Source of the DNA: an uncultured Eubacteriales bacterium
Lineage (GTDB): Bacteria > Bacillota > Clostridia > Oscillospirales > Acutalibacteraceae
NCBI GenBank assembly: GCA_964512735.1
Contig: CAZEKQ010000003.1
Coordinates: 5,951-69,950 of the forward strand
Direction: 5' to 3'
DNA: 64,000 nt
The notes below the pieces were generated by a model. The model was not told where the DNA came from, did no database searches, and saw only the letters and a list, made by a program, of their open reading frames with translations. The translations under genes were made by a program, and so were the position numbers. Each line of letters begins with the position of its first letter. The stretch's first letter is position 1. Shown here in pieces: positions 17,836-28,455 of this stretch.

Positions 17836-18279
17836 TTATTCACCGCTTACCTGAACATCTACATTTGCAACTATTCCATTATAAAACTTTATTTCAGCCT
17901 CATAAGTTCCAAAGGCTTTAATTTCATCTACAGTTACTTTTCTTTTATCAACATCAATATTATATTCTTTTTTTATTTGGTCTGCAATCTCTTTTGCAGT
18001 GACAGAACCAAACAATTTGCCACCTTGACCTGCTTTTGCTGTCATTCTAATTATTTTGCCAGAAATTTTATCAGCAGATTCTTGTGCCTTGGCCTTTTGC
18101 ATTTCTATTTTATGCTGTTTTGATTTTTCAGCATTCTTAAATTCTGTCATATTTTGTGCGTCTGCCTCAACTGCTAAGTTCTTAGGCAACAAAAAATTCC
18201 TCGCATATCCATCAGAGGCATTAACAAGCTCACCTTTTTTTCCAAGACCTTTAACATCCTGTTGTAAAATTACTTTCAT
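17836..18279 (-). CDS. rplI: 50S ribosomal protein L9
   Basis: 147 aa. [32 protein letters not shown] is the canonical L9 N-terminus. Confidence 0.96.
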   Translation of the reverse strand: MKVILQQDVKGLGKKGELVNASDGYARNFLLPKNLAVEADAQNMTEFKNAEKSKQHKIEMQKAKAQESADKISGKIIRMTAKAGQGGKLFGSVTAKEIADQIKKEYNIDVDKRKVTVDEIKAFGTYEAEIKFYNGIVANVDVQVSGE

Positions 18280-18296
18280 TTGTATTCCTCCTAAAG

Positions 18297-20261
18297 TTAG
18301 TCGTTTTCGTCAAAAAAATCGTCTAGCACATCACGAAGTTTTGAGAGTGCTTCTTCCATTGTTATATCTTTTAGTTGGGTTGCAGCCATAGTTTGATGAC
18401 CGCCACCACCTAGCTTTTCCATTATTACCTGCACATTCATTTCTCCCATAGAACGTGCAGAAATGTCAATAGAATTTTCTGTTCTAAATATAACATATGA
18501 CGATTTTATTCCTTCAATATTCAAAAGTTCATCAGCAACCTGCGATGCAACAACACGAATATTTTCAATATTATCGGGTGCAATTGCTAACGCGCAGTTT
18601 TTATAAGTCGTGGAATTTCCAATGATATTATTCCTTTGCTTATAATTTTCCATACTATTTGCAAACAGACGCTTTACTGTAACGGTATTTGCGCCCCTAC
18701 CACGAAGGTATGCAGCTGCCTCAAAACTGCGAACTCCTGTTCTTAAAACAAAGTTGCGTGTGTCAAGCATAATCCCTGCGAGCAACGCCTCAGCCGTTAC
18801 AGAATCAATTGGAGATTTAACAGTAATATATTGCAAAATTTCTGTAACCATTTCCGCTGCAGAGGATGCTATAGGCTCGTTATAAAAAATAACTGCTTTG
18901 TCTATGTAATCAACTGTTTTTCTATGATGGTCAATTACTACAACATTTTGAACCGCATCGTAAATTGGCTTATACTCTAAAAACTGTGCACGATGAGTGT
19001 CAACAATAACGAGCAATGTTTTTTTATTAATTAAAGATTTTGCCTGCTCTGGCTCAATAAAAAGCTCACCCTTACCATTGTCTTCTAGATGTTTTATTAA
19101 AGGCTCTGCCATTGTTTTTTTTCTATATAAAACAATTTTAGCAGATTTTCCCACTGATTGTGCGGCACTACAAATACCTACTGCTGCACCTACACAGTCA
19201 AGGTCTGAGTTGCAATGCCCCATTACAAGAACATTTTCGCTATTTTTAAGCAACTCTTCAAGCGCTGCAGAAATTATTCTAGTTTTTGTTTTTGTTCGCT
19301 TTTCCATTCCACTAGAAACGCCACCAAAAAACTCATAATTGCCATCTGTTTTTAGTGCTACTTGGTCACCACCACGACTTTGCGCCATATCTAGCGCTTG
19401 CCTTGCAAAACCGTCGCACTCAAGCATTGTTTTTCCTCTACTTGCACCGATAGATAATGAAATTCCAATTATTTTTTCATCATATTCGTATGCTCGAATT
19501 TCATCAAGCACTTTGAATCGTTCTTCAATCATTTTTACAAGTCCACGCTCTTCTACCACTATAAAAAACTTACCGTTAGATATTTTTCTCATAATGCACG
19601 GAAACTTTGCAGTCCAAGACTCTATAATCTTTTCAATTCCACCATTTATTACAGCGATTTCACTATCTTTATATTTTTGAGATAGCTCTTCTAAATTGTC
19701 AACTACAATATGCAAAATAGCGGGACGAGAAAGCTCGTGCTCACTTGCTATATTTTTAAGCGAAGTGTCATCTACAAAATAAATCATATGCGTTGTGTTG
19801 TTTTTTACTGTAATTTTATTTGAATATAGTGTGTATTTTTTGCCATTATATTCTATTAAATAATTATCTGTTGATAAAAGTTGTGCCAAGCTCGCCCCAA
19901 TAAATTGCTCTATATTATCTGACTGCAATTGTTTGTCCTCAATCACACTTTTATAAAACAAATCATTGCACCATAATATTTTACCATTATCCTCTGCAAC
20001 AATTACTGGAAACGGAAATCCATCAAGCGAACTTTTTTGGCTAAAATCAAGATAGTTTGCCGTTTTTTTAACTGCCCGTTTTAACTTTTCGTTTATAAGC
20101 TTTGTGCGAACCATACCAGCAATAGAAATCAATGCGATAAAACACACTTGTGCAACTGCAACTTGCCAATTATAGTGCGACATAATCGCCGTAAAAACTA
20201 CTGCGAGTATAAACGACAGAACTTGTAACGGATAATTATTTAAAAAAGTCTTGACCTTCAT
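18297..20261 (-). CDS. gdpP: Cyclic-di-AMP phosphodiesterase GdpP (DHH/DHHA1 family)
   Basis: Two N-terminal TM helices, a PAS-like region, a degenerate GGDEF (SRGGDQVAL), DHH motifs ([18 protein letters not shown]) and DHHA1 GGGGH. It sits upstream of rplI-dnaB, as B. subtilis yybT does. Confidence 0.88.
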   Translation of the reverse strand: MKVKTFLNNYPLQVLSFILAVVFTAIMSHYNWQVAVAQVCFIALISIAGMVRTKLINEKLKRAVKKTANYLDFSQKSSLDGFPFPVIVAEDNGKILWCNDLFYKSVIEDKQLQSDNIEQFIGASLAQLLSTDNYLIEYNGKKYTLYSNKITVKNNTTHMIYFVDDTSLKNIASEHELSRPAILHIVVDNLEELSQKYKDSEIAVINGGIEKIIESWTAKFPCIMRKISNGKFFIVVEERGLVKMIEERFKVLDEIRAYEYDEKIIGISLSIGASRGKTMLECDGFARQALDMAQSRGGDQVALKTDGNYEFFGGVSSGMEKRTKTKTRIISAALEELLKNSENVLVMGHCNSDLDCVGAAVGICSAAQSVGKSAKIVLYRKKTMAEPLIKHLEDNGKGELFIEPEQAKSLINKKTLLVIVDTHRAQFLEYKPIYDAVQNVVVIDHHRKTVDYIDKAVIFYNEPIASSAAEMVTEILQYITVKSPIDSVTAEALLAGIMLDTRNFVLRTGVRSFEAAAYLRGRGANTVTVKRLFANSMENYKQRNNIIGNSTTYKNCALAIAPDNIENIRVVASQVADELLNIEGIKSSYVIFRTENSIDISARSMGEMNVQVIMEKLGGGGHQTMAATQLKDITMEEALSKLRDVLDDFFDEND

Positions 20262-20267
20262 TAAAGA

Positions 20268-22079
20268 TTATACCTCCATAATAATTGGTAGTATCATCGG
20301 ACTCCTTTTAGTTCTTTCATAAAGCAGGTGTGAAACCTCATCCCTAAGCTTTGTTTTTATAGTGCTCCAATCTCTAATGCCGTTATCAACACAAAAATCA
20401 AGTGCATCTTGTGCAACACTTCGTGCCTCTTCCATAAGGGCTTCAGATTCACGAACATAAACAAATCCCCTTGAAACAACATCAGGCCCTGCAAGGATTT
20501 GACCAGACGCATTATCAATCGTTGCAACAATTATTATAAGACCATCTTGAGCAAGATGCTTTCTATCTCTTAAAACTATGCTACCAACATCTCCAACGCC
20601 ATAACCATCAACAAAAACTCTACCAGCTGGAACACTTCCAGCGTTTTTGATACCTTTTGATGATAGTTCAAACTTTTTGCCAATATCTGGTACAACTATA
20701 TTTTTCTTATCAATTCCCATACTTTCTGCAAGCATTGCGTGCTTTGCAAGATGCTTTTGCTCACCGTGAACCGGGATAAAATATTTGGGCTTTGTAAGTC
20801 CCATCATAAGCTTTAATTCTTCTTGACAAGCGTGACCAGAAACATGAACCTCGTACATTTTTTCATAAACTACTTGTGCTCCAAGTTTCATAAGCTCATT
20901 TATTACCCTATTTACCATTTTTTCGTTACCTGGAATTGGTGTTGCTGAAATTATAACATAATCATTAGGACCAATTGCAACTTTTCGATGGTCTGAAAAA
21001 GCCATTCTCGAGAGTGCAGACATAGGCTCTCCCTGACTACCTGTGGTTATTAAAACTACATCTTCAGGGGTATATCTATTAATCATATCTATTGGAATCA
21101 ATAGCCCCTCGGGAATGTTTAGGTATCCAAGCTCTTTACTAATGCTTACAACATTTTCAAGGCTTCTTCCCAACAATGCAACTTTTCGTCCAAGACTTTT
21201 TGCAACATCCATTATTTGCTGTACTCTATGAATATTCGATGCAAAAGTTGCAACAACTATTCTGCGGTTTCCAGCCTTTTTAAACAGAAGCTCAAAAGAT
21301 TCTCCAACCTTTTTTTCGCTCTCTGTGTATCCTGGTCTTTCTGCGTTTGTTGAATCAGACATAAGGCAAAGGACTCCCTCTTCGCCTATCTGTGCAAAGC
21401 GAGAAAGATTTATAATATCACCGTCAATAGGAGTACTGTCAATCTTAAAGTCACCAGTGTGAACAATTGTGCCCGCTCCACATCTAATTGCAAAAGCGAG
21501 TGCATCAGGAATAGAATGGTTAACATGAATCATTTCAACATCAAACTTGCCTAGCTTTACGTGGTCACCAGGTTTTACAATGTTTAAAATTGATTTATCA
21601 AGTATTCTATGCTCTTTTAGTTTGCCTTCAATAAGCCCAATTGTAAGGCGAGTGCCATACACTGGTATTTTCATAATTTTCAATAAATAAGCAAGACCAC
21701 CAATATGGTCTTCGTGACCGTGTGTAATTAATACACCCCTGATTTTATCTGCATTTCGCTCAATATAAGTAAAATCAGGCAACACAAGGTCAACGCCTGG
21801 CATATCCTGATCTGGAAAAGCAAGGCCACAGTCAATCAAAAACATATCGTTTTCATATTCAATTAGTGTAATATTTTTCCCAACTTCATTGAGTCCACCA
21901 AGAAATGAAATTTTAACCGACTCTGTTTTTTTACCTTTTTTATTGTTTGATTGTTTTTTATTATTGTTTGGACGATTGTTTGGGCGATTGTTTGGGCGAT
22001 ATTTTCGTTCGCTTGAATTATTCTTCTCTTTGACATCTTTAACTGCCAAATCTCCGGTCGCTTCTTTTTTGTTTTGCAT
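20268..22079 (-). CDS. rnj: Ribonuclease J with a basic ~55-aa N-terminal extension
   Basis: Metallo-beta-lactamase motif HGHEDHIGG, beta-CASP and RNase J C-terminal region. The core begins at ISFLGGLNEVGKN. Confidence 0.93.
   Translation of the reverse strand: MQNKKEATGDLAVKDVKEKNNSSERKYRPNNRPNNRPNNNKKQSNNKKGKKTESVKISFLGGLNEVGKNITLIEYENDMFLIDCGLAFPDQDMPGVDLVLPDFTYIERNADKIRGVLITHGHEDHIGGLAYLLKIMKIPVYGTRLTIGLIEGKLKEHRILDKSILNIVKPGDHVKLGKFDVEMIHVNHSIPDALAFAIRCGAGTIVHTGDFKIDSTPIDGDIINLSRFAQIGEEGVLCLMSDSTNAERPGYTESEKKVGESFELLFKKAGNRRIVVATFASNIHRVQQIMDVAKSLGRKVALLGRSLENVVSISKELGYLNIPEGLLIPIDMINRYTPEDVVLITTGSQGEPMSALSRMAFSDHRKVAIGPNDYVIISATPIPGNEKMVNRVINELMKLGAQVVYEKMYEVHVSGHACQEELKLMMGLTKPKYFIPVHGEQKHLAKHAMLAESMGIDKKNIVVPDIGKKFELSSKGIKNAGSVPAGRVFVDGYGVGDVGSIVLRDRKHLAQDGLIIIVATIDNASGQILAGPDVVSRGFVYVRESEALMEEARSVAQDALDFCVDNGIRDWSTIKTKLRDEVSHLLYERTKRSPMILPIIMEV
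21963..21998. repeat. Tandem 12-nt repeat x3 inside rnj (encodes RPNN RPNN RPNN)
   Basis: attgtttggacg / attgtttgggcg / attgtttgggcg are contiguous and in frame. Confidence 0.9.
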
Positions 22080-22199
22080 AAATTTTCTCCTTATTTTATA
22101 GAAACAGTATTAGCCCCAACCCAAAGGGCGAGGAACCTACAAATTTAATGTATTGAATTATCCGAACACAATATGTTAATTTAAGTGTATAAACCGAAT

Positions 22200-22230
22200 A
22201 TACCGTCGCCGTGTTTTACGACGACGGTAT
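22200..22230 (-). terminator. Hairpin after the nucleotidyltransferase gene (weak U-tract)
   Basis: 13-bp stem ataccgtcgccgt/acgacgacggtat with one mismatch. The downstream sequence ATTCGGTTTAT is only moderately U-rich. Confidence 0.5.
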
Positions 22231-22256
22231 CAATATACATTACAAGTATTTTACCG

Positions 22257-24593
22257 TTATTCTTTCCCAATGTCAAGTAATGGACTTTTTCTAGGCTTTA
22301 CTTTCTTTTCTATTTCTGCACAAAGCTCCTGTGCTACTTCCATATTTGTAGCTTCCGCAAAGACCTTTAATTTATCGCCTTTTCTAGTAGGGGTAATAAG
22401 GAGTCTACCACTATCTCTCTTTAGCGTTATTCCCTCTTTGCCGGCACTAACTTGACTGTTATCAAGCCCTAAAAGCTCTGATAACTCCGTTGGCAAAACA
22501 TCTATTTCTAATAGTTTTTTATGAATATAAAAATCCGGCACTTCCATAAGCAATTGTGATAGAGTCATTTCACGCTCATTCATAATTGCAAGAACTCTAA
22601 CAGCCATAAATAAGCCATCTCTTACCCAGCCTTGTTTCATACTTAGCTTGCGGGCTTTACTATCCGTACTGTCTGCCGGTGAACGAAGATATCTATAGGC
22701 TTTTTTTTCATAGCTTTCTGCTAAACTATTTAAAAACTGTGGTGCATCATAAGGCAATGCAATATCCCGACCATTTTGCAACTCATTTATACAACAAATT
22801 GCAAGTAATTGCTCGTATGAAACTTCTCCAATGCTTTCGTCTTTTATTTTAAGTGTTGTTCCATCATTATTTATTTTTAAAATAGTTTTTGTTGATGGCT
22901 CGCAACCAAGTCTGTCAAGGCACTCCCTTAAAACTCTGGATATCTGCTCGTTTCTGCAATCAATGCTAGCACTTTGACCCGTAAGACCATAACGAGCTTG
23001 CCTGCAAAGTTCTTGCTGATATATCATCTGTATACTACTCATATCCGCAATATCTCTACAAGACTCATCCCGACATCTGTTAAACTCTCCCCTTGAGAGT
23101 TTTGCCTCTACTTCCCGCTCTATATATCTAGGCAGAGACAAACCGCCCTCGCCACAAATTTTTATGCCTGTATCCTCTTCATCAGAAATAAATATTCCCA
23201 TTCCAAGGCCACAAAAGGAAGTAAAGAAATAAAGCTGTGACTCAAAACATTCTCCAAAATCCCAAACATGGCTACCGGCAGACATAAGTCCTGATACTAA
23301 TGCAAGCTTTAATATTTTTGAATTTCGTTTTCCATCAAAGGCAATGCCTATCTTTCGCCCAGAGTGAGTGCTACCAATTGCTGCCCCTAATCTTGCACAA
23401 ACCTCTGGAGTTAGCTCGACTCCACTCTCTCCCCTAATTCCATCATCGTCAAAAATATCCTTGCTAAACTTTCCGTGTTTAATATTTTTATATACGGTTG
23501 TGCCATCTGATATTGTTTTTTCTGGCCATATTAGCACTCTAGGTCTAATCTCTACATCTTTTCCTATTACTGTGCCTGTTCCCACTGCACTTTCCTCATA
23601 CATAGTTGAACTGCTTTTTAGTGATGAGCCAGTGCCTAGTATTGCTCTGGTCATTTTTGTATTTGTAGATGCATATGAATTTTCAAGCATAAGGGAATTG
23701 CTAATCCTTGAGTTGCTACCAACTAAACAACCATCATCAATAATAGAGTTTGGTCCAATTACTGCACCATTTTCTATTTCTACATTTTCCCCTATATAAA
23801 CGGGAGGAATTAGCTCATAAGACCCTTTTGGAATTGTTTTTTGCTTTGAATAAATCCCCTCATCAACTGCAGACAAATCGCACTCTACTTTTCCATTTAG
23901 CACATCGTGTTGACAGCGTAAATATGCTTGTAAATCGCCAATATCACACCAGTACCCAAGTGCGCTATAACCGTTAATTTGAATATTTTTCTCAAGCATT
24001 TTTGGAAATAAATCCTTAGCAAAGTCAAAAGGTTCGTTGTCTGGTATTTCATCTAAAAGTTCAGGGTCTAATAGGTATATGCCAGTGTTGGCAAGGCTTG
24101 TTGTTGCTTGACCCCAACCTGGTTTTTCAATAAATCCTTCTACCACACCACTTTCATTTCTTTTCACAAGTCCATACTCACGAGGGTCACTAACTTTTGA
24201 TAAAACAATAGTAGCAAGCCCTGAAACATTTTTGTGATACCTCATTATTTCTGCTAGTTTAAAATCACATAGGGCATCTCCGCTTATAACAAAAAAAGGC
24301 TCGTCAAAATTCTTTGCGGCATTTTTTACACTTCCTGCAGTTTTAAGGGGTATTTCCTCTTCTACAAAAGTTAAATTAAGGTTTTTATATTTGTTATTTG
24401 GAAAGTTATCTTTAATAACCTGCGGCAAGTATTTTAAGGTTACAACCGCCTCATCTACACCATTTTTTATAAGCAAATCCATAATATACTCAATGATTGG
24501 CTTTCCACAAATCCTTGACATTGGCTTTGGAATATCACAGGTAAGCGGACGCATTCTAGTGCCTTCTCCGCCAGCCATTATTACAGCTTTCAT
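22257..24593 (-). CDS. Fusion protein: sugar-phosphate nucleotidyltransferase + left-handed beta-helix + phosphohexomutase-like domain
   Basis: Start at ATG 24593 (MKAVIMAGGEGTRMRPLT, the NTP-transferase G-loop) after GGAGAG. Hexapeptide-repeat middle region (IGENVEIENGAVIGPNSIIDDGCLVGSNS). The C-terminal ~380 aa resemble PGM/PMM domains I-IV. Confidence 0.85.
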   Translation of the reverse strand: MKAVIMAGGEGTRMRPLTCDIPKPMSRICGKPIIEYIMDLLIKNGVDEAVVTLKYLPQVIKDNFPNNKYKNLNLTFVEEEIPLKTAGSVKNAAKNFDEPFFVISGDALCDFKLAEIMRYHKNVSGLATIVLSKVSDPREYGLVKRNESGVVEGFIEKPGWGQATTSLANTGIYLLDPELLDEIPDNEPFDFAKDLFPKMLEKNIQINGYSALGYWCDIGDLQAYLRCQHDVLNGKVECDLSAVDEGIYSKQKTIPKGSYELIPPVYIGENVEIENGAVIGPNSIIDDGCLVGSNSRISNSLMLENSYASTNTKMTRAILGTGSSLKSSSTMYEESAVGTGTVIGKDVEIRPRVLIWPEKTISDGTTVYKNIKHGKFSKDIFDDDGIRGESGVELTPEVCARLGAAIGSTHSGRKIGIAFDGKRNSKILKLALVSGLMSAGSHVWDFGECFESQLYFFTSFCGLGMGIFISDEEDTGIKICGEGGLSLPRYIEREVEAKLSRGEFNRCRDESCRDIADMSSIQMIYQQELCRQARYGLTGQSASIDCRNEQISRVLRECLDRLGCEPSTKTILKINNDGTTLKIKDESIGEVSYEQLLAICCINELQNGRDIALPYDAPQFLNSLAESYEKKAYRYLRSPADSTDSKARKLSMKQGWVRDGLFMAVRVLAIMNEREMTLSQLLMEVPDFYIHKKLLEIDVLPTELSELLGLDNSQVSAGKEGITLKRDSGRLLITPTRKGDKLKVFAEATNMEVAQELCAEIEKKVKPRKSPLLDIGKE

Positions 24594-24734
24594 TTTATCT
24601 CTCCTTTTATAATAATTGTCCTTTACTATTATTAGCAAGAGATAGCAAATATAATCAATTATGATTTTATTTCTTGTTTGAATTGAAATATAATGTTAAA
24701 ATACTATAACAAAATTGATTGGAGTAAAATTTAA

Positions 24735-25184
24735 ATGGATAAAAATTTATCTTTTGTGCAAATGTTTACAGACGGTGCGTGTTCAGGAAACCCCGGGCCT
24801 GGAGGTTGGGGTACAATTTTGCGTTGTAACGGGGTTGAGAAGGAGCTGTCTGGCGGAGAGCGTGAAACAACTAATAACCGAATGGAACTTACCGCTGTCA
24901 TAGAGGGGTTTAAAAGTTTAAAGCGTAGCTGTAATGTGGAACTTTATACGGATTCAAAATATGTTGCTGATTCTATTGAAAAAGGCTGGGTTTATTCTTG
25001 GAAAAAAAATGGCTGGAAAAAATCTGATAAAAAGCCCGCTCTTAATTCTGATTTATGGGAAGAACTTATAAATGAAATAGAAAAACACAACTTAAAAATA
25101 ATTTGGGTCAAAGGGCACGCAGGGCATCCAGAAAATGAAAGATGTGACCAAATGGCAGTTGAAGAAACAAAAAAATTTATGTAA
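24735..25184 (+). CDS. rnhA: Ribonuclease HI
   Basis: 149 aa. [23 protein letters not shown], and YTDSKYV...[11 protein letters not shown] give the RNase H type 1 catalytic pattern. One of only two plus-strand genes. Confidence 0.92.
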   Translation: MDKNLSFVQMFTDGACSGNPGPGGWGTILRCNGVEKELSGGERETTNNRMELTAVIEGFKSLKRSCNVELYTDSKYVADSIEKGWVYSWKKNGWKKSDKKPALNSDLWEELINEIEKHNLKIIWVKGHAGHPENERCDQMAVEETKKFM

Positions 25185-25204
25185 CTTTAGTGTTATTTTA
25201 TCTG

Positions 25205-25237
25205 AAAAAGCGATGCTTAATGCACCGCTTTTTTTAT
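25205..25237. terminator. Bidirectional terminator between convergent rnhA and spoIVA
   Basis: aaaaaGCGATGCttaatGCACCGCttttttt has an A-run on one side and a T-run on the other. The T-run overlaps the spoIVA stop codon. Confidence 0.7.
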
Positions 25238-26718
25238 AATATTATGCAAACTAGTCCACTGCAACCCTCGTTAATTACACGCTCTAGTGTTTCTTGAAGC
25301 TTCATTCTTGCATCCACTGGCATATGATAAAGTTTGTTTCTAAGCCCCTCATTCACCAGCTCATTTAAAGATTTGCCAAAAATGTTTGAATCCCAAATTT
25401 TTTTAGGGTCCTCTTCAAACTCATTTAACAAATACATTACAAGCTCTTCTGACTGGCTCTCTGAACCAACTATTGGCGCAACCTCAGTTGTAATGTTTGC
25501 TTTTAGCATGTGGATGGATGGTGCTGATGCACAGAGTTTTACGCCATATTTTCCACCCTGCTTCATTATTTCTGGCTCTTCAAGGGTCAATTCATCAATT
25601 GTTGGCATTACTATTCCATAACCCGTGGCCTCAACTTCGTCCAGTGCACCTTTTAGTCTGTCATATTCCTTTTTGACTTTTGCAAGCTCTACTATGCAAT
25701 TCATTAATCCTTGCTCGCTGTCAATCTCAAGTCCAGAGCTTTCTGCAAGTACTTTATAAAACAGCTCTTGATTCATTGTTATTGATACCTCAACGCTACC
25801 CGTTGCAAGGTCCATTGATGTAATTTGTGATGTTTCAATATGCTCGCAAGTGCTTATCTCTGTTACAAACTTATTTACATCACGCACATGCAAAATAGAG
25901 CTTGCCGACTGCTCTATTGCTTTAAATGTGTTACTGCGCAACCAATGCTCTGAATCAAGCGACATAAGCCAACTTGGCATATTTATTGAAATTTCTTTTA
26001 TCGGAAACTCAAATAATACTTGTGCCAAAATTGCTTTTATTTCATCCTCTTCCATATCCATACAATTCACAGGAACTACAGGTACTTCATATTTTTGCAT
26101 AAGGCTTGTCGCTAGATTTTTAGTGTTTTGAGTTTGAGGGTACATACAGTTTAGTAGTATTATAAAGGGTTTATTAAGCTCTTTTAACTCACTAATTACA
26201 CGCTCTTCTGCTTCCTCATACTCTTCTCTTGGTATGTCACTTATGCTACCATCTGTTGTGACCACAAGTCCAATTGTAGAATGTTCGCTTATAACTTTTT
26301 GCGTTCCTATTTCTGCCGCCATATTAAAAGGTATCTCGTGTTCATACCACGGAGTTCTAACCATTCTTGGTTGGTCATCCTCAATATAGCCCAAGGAGCT
26401 TGGAACGATATAGCCAACACAATCTATCATTCTAACTCTAAAGTGTGCTTGGTCTGGCATTACTATTTCTATTGCATCTTCCGGAATAAACTTAGGCTCT
26501 GTTGTCATTATAGTTCTGCCGGCAGATGATTGAGGCATTTCGTCCATTGCACGCTCTTTTTGATATTCACCCTCAATGTTAGGCAAAATCATTTCATCCA
26601 TAAATCTTTTTATAAATGTTGATTTTCCCGTTCTTACCGGACCTACAACACCTATGTATATATCGCCTTGCGTCCTTTGGGCAATATCATTATATATATT
26701 TATATTTTTCTCTTCCAT
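25234..26718 (-). CDS. spoIVA: Stage IV sporulation protein A (coat basement-layer ATPase)
   Basis: 494 aa. N-terminus IYNDIAQRTQGDIYIGVVGPVRTGKSTFIKRFM with Walker A. RBS GGGAGG. Confidence 0.95.
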   Translation of the reverse strand: MEEKNINIYNDIAQRTQGDIYIGVVGPVRTGKSTFIKRFMDEMILPNIEGEYQKERAMDEMPQSSAGRTIMTTEPKFIPEDAIEIVMPDQAHFRVRMIDCVGYIVPSSLGYIEDDQPRMVRTPWYEHEIPFNMAAEIGTQKVISEHSTIGLVVTTDGSISDIPREEYEEAEERVISELKELNKPFIILLNCMYPQTQNTKNLATSLMQKYEVPVVPVNCMDMEEDEIKAILAQVLFEFPIKEISINMPSWLMSLDSEHWLRSNTFKAIEQSASSILHVRDVNKFVTEISTCEHIETSQITSMDLATGSVEVSITMNQELFYKVLAESSGLEIDSEQGLMNCIVELAKVKKEYDRLKGALDEVEATGYGIVMPTIDELTLEEPEIMKQGGKYGVKLCASAPSIHMLKANITTEVAPIVGSESQSEELVMYLLNEFEEDPKKIWDSNIFGKSLNELVNEGLRNKLYHMPVDARMKLQETLERVINEGCSGLVCIIL

Positions 26719-26732
26719 ACTATTATCCTCCC

Positions 26733-28265
26733 TTATATTGCCGGTATAAGAAGCATTGCGTTTTCTAAAATTTTATCTTCTGTCAAAGAGTTTTCTAGCA
26801 TTATTGCTTCTACTGTTGTGTTATATCTTTGTGCGATTTCCCAAACTGTTTCTCCTTGTTGTGAAAAATAAATTGTTAGTGCAGCCTTATTTTTTTTCTT
26901 TCCTTTATCTTCATTTATGTTTATGCTGTCTATCATTTTTTTAGAGGAAACAGAAAAAATACTTGACTGTATTCTAGTTTCTATCCTTACATCAATGCTA
27001 TCTCCTGCACCTATTACAAAGCTAGAAGCACAAACGCTTACAAAAGAATCACACTCAACCTTTTGAGTTACCATAACACTTCGCTTATGCTCATAATTTA
27101 CTTGCCTTTCTAGGTAGCTAATCTGACTATCTGCATCCTCAACCAGCATACAAACTGTAATTGCACCATCAATTATTAGTTCTTCGCTTTGAAATTTTGA
27201 TTCGGTTGTAACATCAGTACACCACATATCAAGCACTCTTTTAACACCTATACCAGAAACATCTATAGAATCTCTGCACAAGTTTGTTTCTGTAAAACTT
27301 TCTACCAAACTTTTAAATTCAACTGTCTTACTTTGTGTTTCTATTTCATACTGTGTTGAATAAGCGTCTATAATTATTGGTACAGTCATAGCCTTTGTCG
27401 CATTAAGTGTTGCATCAATTCTTGCTGTTATATCAAGTAGTCGCATAGAGCCTGAGCTGTCGGGTTTTGGAATTATATCAATGCTTGTTAAATCAAGTCT
27501 TATATCAGTCATACACTCTTCGGTTATTCCTGCAAGTTCCACAACTTGGCTTATCGGCAAGGAGGTTTCTATAGTTTCTAATGTTCCTTGCTCTGTGTCC
27601 GCTGTATACATTGCATTAATTACAAGGTCACCCTTTATCATTACTTTGTTGCTGATTATTTTAATCTCACTCGTCGTTGCAAATGCGCTAGTTCTAACCA
27701 TTTGTGCTATCGGCGGTTTGCTTGCTCCAATTTCTAAAACATCCGTCAACGGAAAAGCTCTATTAGCACTTCCAACAACATTGTTTACCTCAACATTTTT
27801 TCTCTTTGTCTGAATTCCTGCACCTTGTGCATCACTCAATAGCTCTCTTGGCTTTTTTAAAACCGCTAAGAAGTTAATAGACAATGCTCCGTGAATATCA
27901 AGTCTGCGTTGACTTACAGCTCTGCAATTTATGTACTCTGTTTTTATCTTGACTTTTACAAACGGGTTAGCCTCTAGCTCTTTGTTTTCTACAAAGTTTG
28001 AAAATGGAATGTTTTGCTCATAACAATGCAACCTCCCACTCTCTGCAACATACATTACCCTTAAAAGAGCAGACCCATCAACAGTTATTCTATCTCCTGT
28101 TGCTTGAGTTGAATTAATCCTTGGCATTATAGTGCATTTTAAAACGCGAAGAATGTCTGGGCAATAGTCAGGCAAAGTAATGTCACTGTCTATTGCTTGC
28201 TCTATTGAACCGTCATATATTATTTCGCTTACACATACCGTTTCCTTTGTTATCTTCAAATCCAT
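26733..28265 (-). CDS. SPOCS (DUF3794) repeat protein with C-terminal LysM domain, SipL-like
   Basis: 510 aa. N-terminus DSDITLPDYCPDILRVLKCTIMPRINSTQATGDRITVDGSALLRVMYV matches the DUF3794/SPOCS pattern. The C-terminus ALTIYFSQQGETVWEIAQRYNTTVEAIMLENSL is a LysM. Its stop lies 14 nt before the spoIVA start. Confidence 0.75.
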   Translation of the reverse strand: MDLKITKETVCVSEIIYDGSIEQAIDSDITLPDYCPDILRVLKCTIMPRINSTQATGDRITVDGSALLRVMYVAESGRLHCYEQNIPFSNFVENKELEANPFVKVKIKTEYINCRAVSQRRLDIHGALSINFLAVLKKPRELLSDAQGAGIQTKRKNVEVNNVVGSANRAFPLTDVLEIGASKPPIAQMVRTSAFATTSEIKIISNKVMIKGDLVINAMYTADTEQGTLETIETSLPISQVVELAGITEECMTDIRLDLTSIDIIPKPDSSGSMRLLDITARIDATLNATKAMTVPIIIDAYSTQYEIETQSKTVEFKSLVESFTETNLCRDSIDVSGIGVKRVLDMWCTDVTTESKFQSEELIIDGAITVCMLVEDADSQISYLERQVNYEHKRSVMVTQKVECDSFVSVCASSFVIGAGDSIDVRIETRIQSSIFSVSSKKMIDSININEDKGKKKNKAALTIYFSQQGETVWEIAQRYNTTVEAIMLENSLTEDKILENAMLLIPAI

Positions 28266-28355
28266 ACCACCGCATCTCCTTTTGCAATTTGCTGTCTATC
28301 AATCTATATTCCCGCCCTGTCCATTTTATGATTACTTTTTTTCACTATTATACAT

Positions 28356-28419
28356 AAAAAAAGCACTGTCCAAAACGATTCACACAAGTCTTTTAATTCG
28401 ACTGTACCGTTTTGGGCAG
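28356..28419 (-). terminator. Terminator after spoVM (long-loop hairpin + U7)
   Basis: Minus strand CTGCCCAAAACG ... CGTTTTGGACAG (12 bp, one mismatch, ~30-nt loop) followed by TGCTTTTTTTATG. Confidence 0.55.
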
Positions 28420-28455
28420 CGCCTTTAAGTAATTTAAAATAAAATTATGTTTTAT

